Assembly (NCBI GenBank): GCA_951406725.2
Contig: OX597815.1
Coordinates: forward strand, 13,950,001-14,014,000
Direction of reading: 5' to 3'
DNA length: 64,000 nucleotides
Source: Octopus vulgaris
Taxonomy: Eukaryota
Positions within the stretch are counted from its first letter, which is position 1. Each line of letters begins with the position of its first letter. The notes below the pieces were generated by a model, which searched no databases, was not told where the DNA came from, and saw only the letters and a list, made by a program, of their open reading frames with translations. Positions 27,281 to 40,579 of this stretch are shown in pieces. The position numbers and the translations under genes were made by a program.

Positions 27281-27666
27281 TGTCACGTGATAACTTGCTG
27301 GGGTTACCTCCTGGACCCTAGGGGCAGGTATTTAAAGGGAAAAATTTGACAAGTCAGTCAGTCACCGGCTGACACTAGCTGACGATACATCGAAGAGGCC
27401 AGGGAACAGAAGAAAGAAGAAGAAAGAAGACATGCACCCAACACCAGAGCTGAAGACACCTCCGAAAGGATGGGGGGGAGTGCCGCGTCAAAACGGTAGA
27501 AGAGTAGGGGCCGAAACAGGACGTGGTTCCTCCTGATGATATCTTAAGCTAACTGGATCCTATAAAGGAGCTGTTGTAGTAGCAGACCACGAAACACAGT
27601 TGTAATTCCCCACTAAACATAAGTGTATCTTATCATCACCCCTTGAATTCAACTTCTCAAATGATA
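27281..27666 (+). mobile_element. Probable solo LTR
   Basis: Starts TGTCAC, ends ATGATA (degenerate GTGACA); 6-bp TSD TTAATC at 27275-27280 and 27667-27672; internal TATTTAAA; elevated GC. Confidence 0.6.
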
Positions 27667-28061
27667 TTAATCTTAAAGAATTTTTTTTAAAGTGGTGTAT
27701 TTTATTCCCACAATATTTAGCGCAGGACAGAAAGTGCAGACATTTACACAGGTTAAAGGAGTAAACATGCAGATAAGTATTCTTCCTTTGTTAATTGTGG
27801 TAAATAGTTTCATTCAATACATTTATAACATACATGGAGGTTTTTTTTTTACTTTTGAAATATTATTAATTTACGTTTGACATAATAATGGCAATATATA
27901 CTAGTATGGATCGGGGTAAATTTCACAACAAATTATTAATCTCCGTAAAGTTTATATTGATAGGCGGTTTAATTTCACGTGTTTATAAAATATTTAATGA
28001 GGGTTTCTTTAGCACTTTCTGTATATATGAATAAATAAATAAATATATATATGTATATATA

Positions 28062-28390
28062 TAAAATATTATTAGAGACAAAACCACTATTTTGCAAAAC
28101 AAACAAGGAAAGACTTAATCAATACATAAAATTTTAATAAATAGTCAAAAAAACCGCCACTACAATCGAAAGTCCACCTGAAGATTGTCGATCAAGACAA
28201 GAAACGATTGTAGTTTTTTTGACTATTTATTAAAATTTTATGTATTGATTAAGTCTTTCCTTGTTTGTTTTGCAAAATAGTGGTTTTGTCTCTAATAATA
28301 TTTTATAATATTTTACTATAAAATTGGATTTAATCCTAAATCTGATTTTTTTTCCCTGTAAATTTGGATTTATTCCCTAATATTTATTAT
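28062..28390 (+). mobile_element. PLE pseudo-LTR with a ~105-bp inverted duplication and a hammerhead motif
   Basis: 28062-28168 is the reverse complement of ~28205-28306; flanked by TA-rich tracts. Confidence 0.75.
28174..28216 (+). ncRNA. Type-I hammerhead ribozyme, canonical core
   Basis: ccac-CTGAAGA-ttgtc[gatcaa]gacaa-GAAAC-gatt-GTA-gt(gg); the gtgg arm is preserved in the inverted copy ('ccgccactacaatcg'). Confidence 0.8.
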
Positions 28391-29629
28391 GTATATATAT
28401 ATATATATTTAGGTATTTAGTTTTATGAAACTTTCACATTTTTTTTAATTTCATAATTTAGTAATTTTTAAAATTATTTACATATCGCAAAAATATATCA
28501 GTAAGTTTTATATATATATATTTCGTTTATTCTTATTTTTAAAAGCAGATATCTTCGAATTTGTAAGATCAAGTTGGATCCGTTAATAATAATGATGAAA
28601 AGAAAAATAGTCTGAGGACACACTGGTGGATTTAGGTATTAGGTATAGCCTGGTAAAATAAACAACCAGGGCAAAAACGCGCGTAGCGTTGATTAATATC
28701 ATCTTCTTTCCCCACAGAATAATAACAGGTAAGGTATATATATATTTGAAAATATGTTTACGTAATTTTTAATTAATTCTGTTATACTTTATTTTATTGT
28801 ACGTTATAGTAGGCAATAAAATACTTATAGTATGAGATTAGTATGTTGGCTATAACTTTCTATGTGTACTCCAGAAAATACGGTTGTCCTGAAATTGAAG
28901 TTGTGGTCCTATTGGTAAAACCCCAATTATTCAATGCAGTTACAAGTATCAGGGGAGCGTTACTAAACAAGTGTATTCACTGCAAACAGTAACTAGAAAA
29001 TTACTATAAAATTTGCAAGACAAAGGAACAAACCCAACGGGCGAACAAACAGCCACTTACATACAGAGTCTGTTTCATCACAAGATGTACTATGTCTTGC
29101 ACTGCTCTCTCCTCCGTCTTTTCAGTCTACAGACGAATTCACAGAATAGGGTGGTTCATTCAGTGTGCGTTTTGTATATTTAAGCATCTTTCTTTTCATT
29201 AATTTACTGTGTGATGATAGTAACCCATTCCTTATCCTATCCTTCCTTAGCAAATGGAACTCAAAAATGCTGTTGAAGAAGAAAGTGTCTCTCTGCAGCC
29301 TTTTTGGTTGTGTTCGTCACTTAATCATTTTCGTCATAGACATTACACAAAAGAAAACTGCCTGGTCTTTGCAGTAAAGTAGTTAGATTCATCCTACCAC
29401 AGAACAGTTGTTCTGCATAATACTGAAGCACGGTACGTAAGTTTACAAGTAGGATCAATAATACAGCGCGTTTTGTATATTTAAGCATCTTTTTTCCATA
29501 AATTTATTGTGTGATGGCAGTAACCCACTCCATACCCTATTCTTCCTTTGCAAATGGAACTTGCAAATGCCGGTGATGGCTAGGTCGAAGAAGAAAGTGT
29601 CTCTCTGCAGCCTTTTGGTTGTCAACGGA

Positions 29630-29998
29630 ATAGCAAATACGTATATAGGGATTACTTGCAACTCGTTCAAGGAAAAGCATTCACAATATCTAGAGTCATT
29701 CAACGACAAAATTTTTTTTAAAAAGCATGCAAGAACCCTGTCAGATATGACATGGACGTTGAAAGGTGAACAGTCAAGTATGACATGAACATTGATAGAC
29801 GAAATAAGCATCTTCTATATAGAATGGAAAATTATTGCAAAAGCCAGTAATTTTAGAGGATGGGTTACCAAATGAGAACTGTGTATAACTGAAAAATTAA
29901 ACATTATGCTATGAACAGATAACATCCAAAGCATTTAGGATGAAGCCTTCTCTTCCTCCGCATATGCAATCATATTCTACACTCAAATATTTCAAAGA
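29630..29998 (+). mobile_element. Decayed Penelope-like GIY-YIG endonuclease
   Basis: TYIGITCNSFKEKH...LSDMTWTLK...IEWKIIAKASNFRGWVTK*ELCITEKLNI. Confidence 0.75.
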
Positions 29999-30294
29999 CG
30001 AGCTACTATCTGCGACGCTAATCCCACCAGGAGAGCCCCTTTCCTAAACATGAAATCTGAACACACATAGCACACAAACTACACACACACAATAAATGTG
30101 CCTCAACGATGAACTACCTAAGCACACAAGTATAAAAGTACCATGCCCAGAATGAAAACAAAATAATGCAAACAAATTGACCACACAACAATTTTCCCAA
30201 AAGATAAATCCAAGAGAGACAAACATCCAAAAGATATCACCCAAGAGTGATGTCCCTTGATTCATTGATTCAATGTATTATTAACGTGAATTCA

Positions 30295-30525
30295 TAAGAA
30301 AAACAAAAGCGGAAGACAAGTGAGGGAAAAAACAAGCAGGTGTATTAGTTTAACTCTCGAGAAGAATGGAGAAGGTCTTGACGCTTCGATTCTACGTTCT
30401 TCGACAGAAAGGAGTGTGAGGAAGGACAAATGGAGAGAGAACGAGAGAAGCAATGTGTAGGAATTAACGGCTGAACAATATATAAAAATCTAAGTGTGAA
30501 CACGCTAACACGAAAAAACCTGTCA
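30295..30525 (-). mobile_element. Diverged relative (H2) of hammerhead family H1
   Basis: Reverse complement cttt-CTGTCGA-a-gaac[gtag]aatc-GAAGC-GTC-aaga at 30376-30411; paralog at 38272-38450. Confidence 0.6.
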
Positions 30526-30817
30526 GATAATGTTTTATACAGACACTATTTTGAAAAGGAGGTGTAATGAGAAAAAACGCAGTATTTAGAAAGATTTGAG
30601 GTGGCGTTGTATGAAGAGATGCAAAGGGAAAATGCCTAGAAATATTTGCATTCATGTAAAGGTATTTAGTGGGCTATAAATATGATTCACAAAACTACAT
30701 ATACAATTAAGTGCACATGAAATACTGAAAATGAATTTTCGTGTAAAAGCTCTGTTTGGGTTATGTTATTGTGTGTGTATGTGCGTGCGTGTTTGTGTGC
30801 ATGTGTGTATGTCTGTG

Positions 30818-31029
30818 TACTCTTTTTACTCTTTTACTTGTTTCAGTCACTTGACTGCGGCCATGCTGGAGCACCGCCTTTAATCGAGCAAATCGACCCC
30901 GGGACTTATTCTTTGTAAGCCCAGTACTTATTCTATCGGTCTATTTTGCCGAACCGCTAGGTGACGGGGACGTAAACACACCAGCATCGGTTGTCTAGCA
31001 ATGCTAGGGGGACAAAAACAGACACACAA

Positions 31030-31093
<64 letters not shown>

Positions 31094-31258
31094 TTACGGC
31101 GGGCTTCTTTCAGTTTCCGTCTACCAAATCCACTCACAAGGCATCGGTCGGCCCGGGGCTATAGCAGAAGACACTTGCCCAAGATGCCACGCAGTGAGAC
31201 TGAACCCGGAACCTTGTGGTTGGTTAGCAAGCTACTTACCACACAGCCATTCCTGCGC
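30818..31258 (-). mobile_element. SINE family C, full copy
   Basis: Reverse-complement match to 12622-13080. Confidence 0.9.
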
Positions 31259-31988
31259 CTGTGTTTGTGTGTGTGTGTGTGGATTATTTTTTTTTATAAT
31301 CTATCATATGAACAATGATAATCTTGTTAACTCTCGGTCGTATGTCTCGATCGTGTAAACTTAGCTTAAAGATTGCTTTCCGCTGGGTAATTGGTGCTCC
31401 CAAAAAGTATAGTATTTTGTAATTTCGTAATTTTCAGTTGCCTCAAAGACTTTCATAATGTTTTTCGTCAACGGCGCAAGAGCTTCAACAGTAATTAGCA
31501 TTAATCTTTCATTCATATTCCCCATTATTTCGACAACTACTGAAAGTCTGCATATATTGCGATTTTCTCGTTTTCTTAATCTTTGATGAAATGATCTCCT
31601 AGACGGGCTACATCAATCAACAGGCACCTTTTTACAGTAACGTCTTCTTCGAAGGTTAAGTCTGGCCCCTATTCGTCTGAATTTTAAATTCACCTTACGG
31701 TTTCACATACTATTTTTCTAGGACTGTCTCTAGTTTGTGCTGTCATTTCTCAGTGGTTGAAAACCCATTTTTCTTGCATAGAGATCCGTTGAGATGTAAG
31801 CGCACTTGATCGTGATGCCTTTTCTATGCGCATGCTTGACAGAGGTACTCACTATATGTACTTCACTTTAAACCTTCTTAACCTTAACACATTCCATCAC
31901 AAACAACACGTGTTTCTCCTGCATTATATATATAAAATTTATTGGGTTTGTATTTAATGCTTGATCATGAGCGGTTAACAATAAAATT

Positions 31989-32076
<88 letters not shown>

Positions 32077-32112
32077 TGTAGTAGTAGTAGTAGGGGTGGT
32101 GGTGGTGGTAGC

Positions 32113-32177
<65 letters not shown>

Positions 32178-32197
32178 CAGTAGCAGTGGTGGTGGTG

Positions 32198-32244
<47 letters not shown>

Positions 32245-32462
32245 GGTGGTTGTGGGGGTAGTAGTAGTAGTAGTAGTAGTAGGAGGAGGAGGAGGAGGAG
32301 GAGGAGGGAGAGAAGGAGGGGGGAAAAGAGGAGGAGGAAGACGGGGAGGAGGAGGAAGACGGAGGAGGAGGAAGGGGAGGAGGAAGAATAGGAGGGGGAA
32401 GAATAGGAGAGGGAGGAGGATCAGGAGCAGCAGGAGGATCAGCAGCAGCAGCAGCAGCAACG
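31989..32462. repeat. Compound (TAG)n/(TGG)n/(GGA)n/(GCA)n trinucleotide tract
   Basis: Direct reading. Confidence 0.95.
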
Positions 32463-32973
32463 GCAGAATCGTTTTTGCGGATGGAGAAAATTTCATTTTC
32501 ACAATTTTAATGTAAATGAAGATGTCGATTATTTTTTCGATAACCGATTTAAGTTTGCCGAAAGATTAATATTCGATAGTGCTTCGATATTTTAAAAAAT
32601 ATATGATTATGATTGTTTTTTGTTTGTTTTTTTTTGTTTTGCTTTTTTGTGTTCTCTTGCATTTTTTTCCTATTCTTAACATCGATACAAGCATGACACC
32701 AACACGCATAGCGTAACATGTAGAGTAATGATATAGATTATTTGTAGGAAAATATACTTTATGCATCAGTCTTCAGTCTAATCCTACCGAAGGACATTGA
32801 TCCTGGACTAAACACATTATCAGTTATTTACTGGGATAAACTAAATTCATCTTAATTATACATGATATAAACTATTTTATATATTATAATAATATGTGAG
32901 TATTATCATTGTGATTCTTGATGCGTTTGAATTTCAATAGCATATGTTAATATTCCCCAGGCTTACATTTACC

Positions 32974-33380
32974 TATTTCTTTACTACCCCCAAGGGGCTA
33001 AACACAGAGGGGACAAACAAGGACAGACAAACGGATTAAGTCGATTACATCGACCCCAGTGTGTAACTGGTACTCATTTAATCGACCACGAAAGGATGAA
33101 AGGCAAAGTCGACCTCGGGGGAATTTGAACTCAGAACGTAACGACAGACGGAATACCTATTTATTTACTACCCACAAGGGGCTAAACACAGAGGGGGCAA
33201 ACAAGGACAGACAAACGGATTAAGTCGATTACATCGACCCCAGTGTGTAACTGGTACTCATTTAATCGACCCGGAAAGGATGAAAGGCAAAGTCGACCTC
33301 GGCGGAATTTGAACTCAGAACGTAACGACAGACGGAATACGGCTACGCATTTCGCCCGGGGGTGCTAACGGTTCTGCCAG
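32974..33380 (-). mobile_element. SINE family B dimer within a single TSD
   Basis: Two tandem copies; TSD GCTTACATTTACC at 32961-32973 and 33381-33393. Confidence 0.9.
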
Positions 33381-33785
33381 GCTTACATTTACCACAGGCA
33401 TGGATTATTTGAGAGAGCGATAGCTTTCTATGATCATACGAGTTCTTTTCAAGTCACACGGAATATTTTTAAGACAAAATACATTGGATTACTGAAACAA
33501 ATAAGGCGAGGAAGCCATATCTGGAACGCCTTGAATGACACATGTATCATAGTTGTCTCGGTCTAAGGAACATCCTTCATCATCATCATAATCATCATCA
33601 TCATCGTCGTTGTCGTCATTATAATTATCCTCATTGTCATCACCGTTATCCTCCTCTTCATACTCATCCTCCATACCCTCATCATCATCAGCAGCAGCAG
33701 CAGCAACGAAAATAACAACAACAACAACGGCAACAAGGACAACAACAATCTTTTCTTTTTACCAGAATACGAAGAATTCACTTAC

Positions 33786-33979
33786 AGATTATAATTGCTT
33801 CTACTAGATGTCTGGATGTCATTACTTGAAACTTCCATCTCTCCTATATAACTTGGGCGAACAATGGTTATTACCAACGCCAGTTGTGTATGATTCAATG
33901 CTAGATCCATTGAAATAAGGTTCTGAACAGAATCATTTACTATAGATATCTCTTTAAATGATTTGTGTTGAATACCTTC
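33786..33979 (-). pseudogene. Best-preserved FN3-like exon relic
   Basis: attcccattAG|...|GTaagt; 64 open codons EGIQHKSFKEISIVNDSVQNLISMDLALNHTQLALVITIVRPSYIGEMEVSSNDIQTSSRSNYN. Confidence 0.6.
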
Positions 33980-36638
33980 CTAATGGGAATATCTCAAGTA
34001 CTAGTGTCATAAATCCTTAATTGATATTTTCATATGATGCGTTTATCACTAACGAAGTGAGTAAGCATTATCAGAAATTTACTACCGGTGATCTGATTGC
34101 TTGCCATGGAATTGAATTGTTAGTTTAGAGCTTTTAAGTCATATTACGATTACCACCAATTTCGTCTTCGTACTCACCGCCATATCAATGTAACTACCGG
34201 CGCTATTAAATCTGGAATATAATTTACACTTCGGTGTTAAAATATGGGGTAGGATTATTCAGATTTTCATAAGCTAGTCAGAAGTACGTTTCCTTAACAA
34301 TCATATAAATGCTAAGGTATCCTTTTTTCTTTTCTTTTTCTCTTTTCTATTACATTAACTATGCTATGCAAACGTATTTTTGCCTCAGACGATCCTAGTT
34401 GAAAGCATTAGCTTTCGCTAAAATTTTACATACCAGTACACATTTATGCATATTTACCAGATACGCATCAAGTTACTATTCTAATACACCACTTGTGCAA
34501 ATAATAACTCACTATACATTCCATAGAGATATTTTAGATTCTCATTTGAAAGAACTTTGCTCCATTATAAGTGCATGAGCATCATGCAATTCGTTTTTCC
34601 TTTAGCTGAAGTGAAATAAGTATTGGCATAAAAGTACATGCAATCGGATTATTCACAGCCAGCATTCATGCCTCGCCTAAGAACACATCTAACTATAATT
34701 TAAGGGTTAGAAGTCTTTCGTTAGCTGTGGTATTTCTTTCGAGGTAACTGTGAAGTTTATATATTATTTTGAAATTAGGCAGTTGGCGTTGGACAAAACA
34801 TCTCCAGGTACAGGTGATTTTTCAAGAATACCCTGGAAGAATTTGTTCCACTAACATTTCGAGCTTCCACTACCATTTCATATATTTCAAGATAATGTCA
34901 AAATTGGCTGGATTGCTTGAAGCAAAATAGTTGTGCAACCACACAATTTTGTTTTGTGTGTCTGATCTGTCGTGAGTCCAAAATAAGACACAGTATCCTA
35001 ACCTCAGTTCATCCTTAAATTCTTTTTAACTGTGATACATGCAGTACTTATAGATTTTACGATCAATAATAGTTTTATTAATAGACTTTTTTATGTAAAC
35101 AAATGTGTATTCAATGTTTTAGTCGTTTTGCTGATTTAGTAATACTTAAGGCAAAATACTCGCGGTACTTTCTTACTACACTGTATAATGTAGGTTCAAT
35201 CCTAGCCTTAACCACCTTTACTATTCACCTTTCATGGATCGATAAAATAAAGTGCGAGTCAAGTTTGCAGTCGATATCTTGATTGTTCAGTTCTTCCGTA
35301 TTTGAAGGAGGAATGGAACAATTAATTCTATAATTAAATATTATTAAATATTCTCTCTAATCATATGATATCTAAAATGTCGTGGATGGCAGAGAAAGAA
35401 CATTGTCAGTTTTATAGCCTTTACGAATTTTCCAACACATTCCGAGATTAAACACGGTTTGCGGCAAATTATAATTTTATACTACAACATACTTCATATT
35501 ATACATGAAATCTTCAGCCACCTCTACAACCTTCCCTTCACATTCAAGCCTGTGCCTTTGCACCAAAGTTAAAAATCAATATCCAATATGTTATTCAAAA
35601 ATATGTTGATATATAACCGGAAAAAATATATTTGGACATTGTTTCCCCGTAAGATAGAATGCTTATGTTTCAAAAATGTATGAACCAAACTCAAATGCAT
35701 TAGCCGATGTTTCCCTTAAGGAAATGTTCCCTGTATTTACATTTATCCCGTAATTCATTTCTAAATAACAAAAAAAGTTGTTTTTATCAAACAAATTATT
35801 GACAATTCAATTTCCTATTTTTAAACGAATAAATATTTATTCATGAAATTAAGGTGGCTGAATGGAACCATTTTAAGAATTCAACTAAATCTGCATATTG
35901 TAAAATATTAATTAAGAAAATTCTAGAAAAAAAATAGCAACAATAACAACAATTATCAATATTTGAGTTCATCTTAATTTTTTTTTTCTTTCTTCTACCA
36001 CATGTATGGCGTTTAATGGATTTGCATTTTCGGATTGAAATAGAATGTTAAAGATTTATTAGTTTTCTTTAAATCGATTAAACTCTGATTTTATGCTGTA
36101 GACCACGTATCCAGTAACATACTTTCTGAAGGGAATATTACAGGGTCACTACAAAATCTAAGTAGTTTAGTGAATAGGTGTCGCTCATCATTTATCTAGA
36201 ATTACTTAAAATATCTTATTCAAGAACAGAGAACAAAAGAACAAATAAGCAGCCATTATATCTGCGAGAAATAGCAGCCAAATACCTTTAGTATCATATC
36301 GCAGAAATGGCATGAAAATCTATGCTGGATAATAGACCCCTACATATCTCAATTACCAACGTGCGCTTCTAAATTCTCTGCCTATTGGCTACATAGAGTA
36401 CTGCACAATTACAGTAATATATCAACAGAAAATTATGTGACCATACACATATATAACCGCACTTGTATATATCCACATAGCTTGAGGGTATATAATCAAG
36501 AACATAAGCACCGCCCCGACAAGGAAATGCACCGACATATTTACAAGTGTCAGTCGAATATCTTAGACTGTGTGCATACCATATGATCAAGTAACCTTTA
36601 AGTGCAGTAACACATATCATAGAAACTCAGTAATATAT

Positions 36639-36990
<352 letters not shown>

Positions 36991-37281
36991 TATGTATGTA
37001 TGCATGTAGGTAAAATAAGTAATGCAATGATATATAACTGGGATAGAAATTTAAAATGCGTAACAACATTATTTAATTCCCATAATATTTTACGATGTAT
37101 ATCCCTAATACACTACAACTAAAATAATATATGGCTGTAAGAATGTCTAAGTATAGTAATATATAATTGTCTTTAATAAGTATATTTGTTTATACATACA
37201 TACAGTCATATATATTCATAATAACGTATATGCAGGGTAATCAGATGCGACCGCAGTAATATGTAACGCAAATACAATACA

Positions 37282-37418
37282 AAGAAGAAGAAGAAGAAGA
37301 AGAAGAAGAAGAAGAAGAAGAAGAAGAAGAAGAAGAAGAAGAAGAAGAAGAAAGAAGAAGAAGAAGAAGAAGAAGAAGAAGAAGAAGAAGAAGAAGAAGA
37401 AGAAGAAGAAGAAGAAGA
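37282..37418. repeat. (GAA)n microsatellite
   Basis: Direct reading. Confidence 0.95.
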
Positions 37419-37846
37419 ACTTGTGATTGTACAAATATTTAGGAGCAATAAATTGAGACTGAAGCAACTTATCCTTCATTTCAATAGCTTTGAATCTTTC
37501 TGGTCTTTAATGTTGGGACCTGTTAGACGTTGCTATCTCTAGAGGTGTCCATATTGTTAACTGTTTAAATATACGCGTCAAATAATCTAATGAAATTTTT
37601 CTCCATTAAAGTCGACTTCCACAATCTAGACAAGTTGATTTGTATAACTAGGGGATGAAGTTTTCCTTGAACAATTATTAGGGCGTTTGAAGACTAGCAG
37701 TTGTCACTCTGCGGCTTTTCTAAATGTTTTTGTACATCGAATCTGAAAAGCAGTTTGAGACCAAGTAGCTGAAGTTCATAACATTTAATCACTTTATGCA
37801 ATATCAAGTATTTGCTTTTCACTAGTCTAATATTTATATTCCATCT

Positions 37847-38234
37847 GTGGAGGCGCAATGGCCCAGTGGTTAGGGCAGCGAACTCGCGGTTATACGATCG
37901 CGGTTTCGATTTTCAGACCGGGCGTTGTGAGTGTTTATTGAGCGAAAACACCTAAAAGCTCTACGAGGCTCCGGCAGGGGATGGTGGTGATCCCTGCTGT
38001 ACTCTTTCATCACAACTTTCTCTCACTCTTACTTCCTGTTTCTGTTGTACCTGTATTTCAAGGGGCCGGCCTTGTCAATCGCTGTGTCACGCTGGATATT
38101 CCCGAGAACTACGTTAAGGGTGCACGTGTCTGTGGAGTGCTCAGTCACTTACACGTTAATTTCACGAGCAGGCTGTTCCGTTGATTCGGATTAACCGGAA
38201 CCCTCGTCGTCGTAACCGACGGAGTGCTTCCATC
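37847..38234 (+). mobile_element. SINE family A, full copy
   Basis: 15-bp TSD ATTTATATTCCATCT at 37832-37846 and 38235-38249. Confidence 0.92.
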
Positions 38235-38559
38235 ATTTATATTCCATCTATTTTCAATAGGGGAAAATATACATTTAACTTTCGAGAAGAATGGAAAAGG
38301 TTTTGACGCTTCGATCCTACGTCCTTCGAAAGAAAGTAGTGAGAGGAAGAACAAATGGAGAGAGAACAAGAGAAACATTGTGTAGGAATTAACAGATGAA
38401 TGATATATAAAAATCTAAGTGTGAACACGTTAACATGAAACAACCTGTGTAGGAACTTCTAATATTACTGTATCAGTTTGCTATCAGCATTTCCATTCCT
38501 CTACACTGATCATTTAATAAACAATGATCAACCTTTGTTCAAATATGTAGGGAAGAATT

Positions 38560-39960
38560 TAAGTTCTGTTAGAGGCCCCGTCGATACTATAAATGGGGAC
38601 ATATGACGAAGCAGACATTGCGTTAATCCGTCAATTATACTTCCCATTGCTCTGACATGCGATTTTTATATCACTCCTGGACAGAAACCTGCTATTTAGC
38701 TTTTATTACTGCACTGTAGTGTACTGTTTGTGTTATTACTGATCTTACTAAGGATAACTCACGGTGATAATGAAATGATATTTATAATTAATTGTTCGAT
38801 ATCACATATGAGGAAAGGTGCTTGAACCCAACTTTAATGTTTGTTTAGGTACTTAAAGTAAGTGACGAATAAACGCTACTTAATATACGTCATTAGTTTC
38901 GCTTTCCTCCTCCAGGAACCACCTACATTTTCGTTTATCATTTGGACATTGCATTCATAAACGGTGTTTATATTATATGTTAATTTGGATAAAACCTGGC
39001 ATGGATTTTGACCTGAAGCAGAATTTCCCTTGATTTTAAATGGTTTCCTATCACTATTCTTGAAGAACTTCAACTGCTTAATCATGAAGTCATTGAGCTA
39101 CCAAGAGTTAAGTCAAGCTTCCGGCAAGACAAGTTCGTGATCCGATTCTAATTCGCGCTTGAATTTATTTCTGTTGCCATGAATGGCTAATGCGCTTATG
39201 AAAACTTCCATTTACCTCGGCATGTATTTTAGGTATTTTGTTCCTGATCGAAATCTAATTTCGGAATTTTCATAAGATTGATTATTGATCGAAGGATTTA
39301 TACCTCAAATTGCATTGAATTTTCTATAAAGTATTTAATGAAGTACTTTCAGAGCTGTATCACGTGGTCACTGAATAGTTTCTGCCTCTTCTTTGTCTTT
39401 CTTTCTTTCTTTTTTCTTTCTATCCTTCATTCATTCGTTCTTTCTTTCTTCCTTTGCCTTTCTTTTTACTTTCAGAATTCTTGGAAACAATGAGCTTATA
39501 AATCGATCATTACTATAACGATATTTTACCATACAAATTCTGATAAAGTTCATTTATATGTCGAAACCTTATGGAATATTTGCCGTCGATTTAACTTAGT
39601 AAATACATTCTGTATTAACTACGAGAGTTAATTCATATATCAATAATTTCAAGCAACGCTAATGATGCATTAATTCTTAACAGCTCATTATTCATTGAAT
39701 TCAAGATGTTGCGAAAAAGATATTAGCATTTTATAAACCACTTGTTGAATATTGGTCTCCCATATGGCCCAATGAGAAAACCGAACAAAATTTGTTTTTT
39801 AGGGGAATTAAAATAGGTATTTTAGATGTTCACCCATTAACAGTTTAGCAAAAGGAAATGACTACGGTCGAATAATATTGAAATCCCATTACATGAGAAA
39901 TCACATGACGCTGACCTGTTGCTCCTCCACAGCCTGGTTCCACGCTAATTTGTTGTACAA
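38560..39960. mobile_element. Very old CR1/L2 RT remnants
   Basis: Plus-strand PLVEYWSPIWP at ~39740 resembles [12 protein letters not shown]; weaker minus-strand RT-like fragments at ~38560-39250. Confidence 0.4.
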
Positions 39961-40579
39961 CAATTCTCCAGTATCTCAAATTATCTAATACTTAAAATGC
40001 GGCAACTGTCAGCGCCTATGTTATCAATCGATCTGCTAAAAATTGCAGCCGAATCTCCGTCAGATTGCCTTGCGCTTGTAATATAATTTTATATATATTA
40101 TATTTCCATCTTTTAATCATAAGCTTCAGGGATTAAGCTTAGAATCGTGCCTAAAGTACATTACTCCAAAATTCGCATTTCTCGATTAGCTTTCTATGAC
40201 TTCTCAACAGACATTGCCCTGTGTCACTATTGTTGTTTATTATGATTACAATGCCAAACATTTTACCCACGAATCAAAACTTTACCTAGATTCCACATTT
40301 CTAGCCCAACGTCTTTCTGACCTCAGTGTGATAGATTTGGGTGATTGATATGTTACTTGTTTTGCGAACTCTATCTTACAATCGCCAGTTTTAGTGATGT
40401 CCATTTGTTGTGTTTGGATATGTGTTATAGTATGGGAGTGGGGGATTTTTACTCTAATCCTTTTGATGTGTGTGCTTGCGTGTGAAATTAGGCATTACAT
40501 AACGACATGAATATGCTTTCTATAATCAATCTTCTATGCTTTATCGAATATCGCGTGGCCGCTAACATAAAGCAAAATG

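Noticed and set aside
27449-27610. CTGAAGA/CTGATGA and CGAAA motifs inside the solo LTR
   Set aside because: No compatible stems I and II, so not a hammerhead
31975-32502. 175-aa ORF resembling a signal peptide plus mucin-like Pro/Thr tract
   Set aside because: Entirely trinucleotide repeats; no unique coding content
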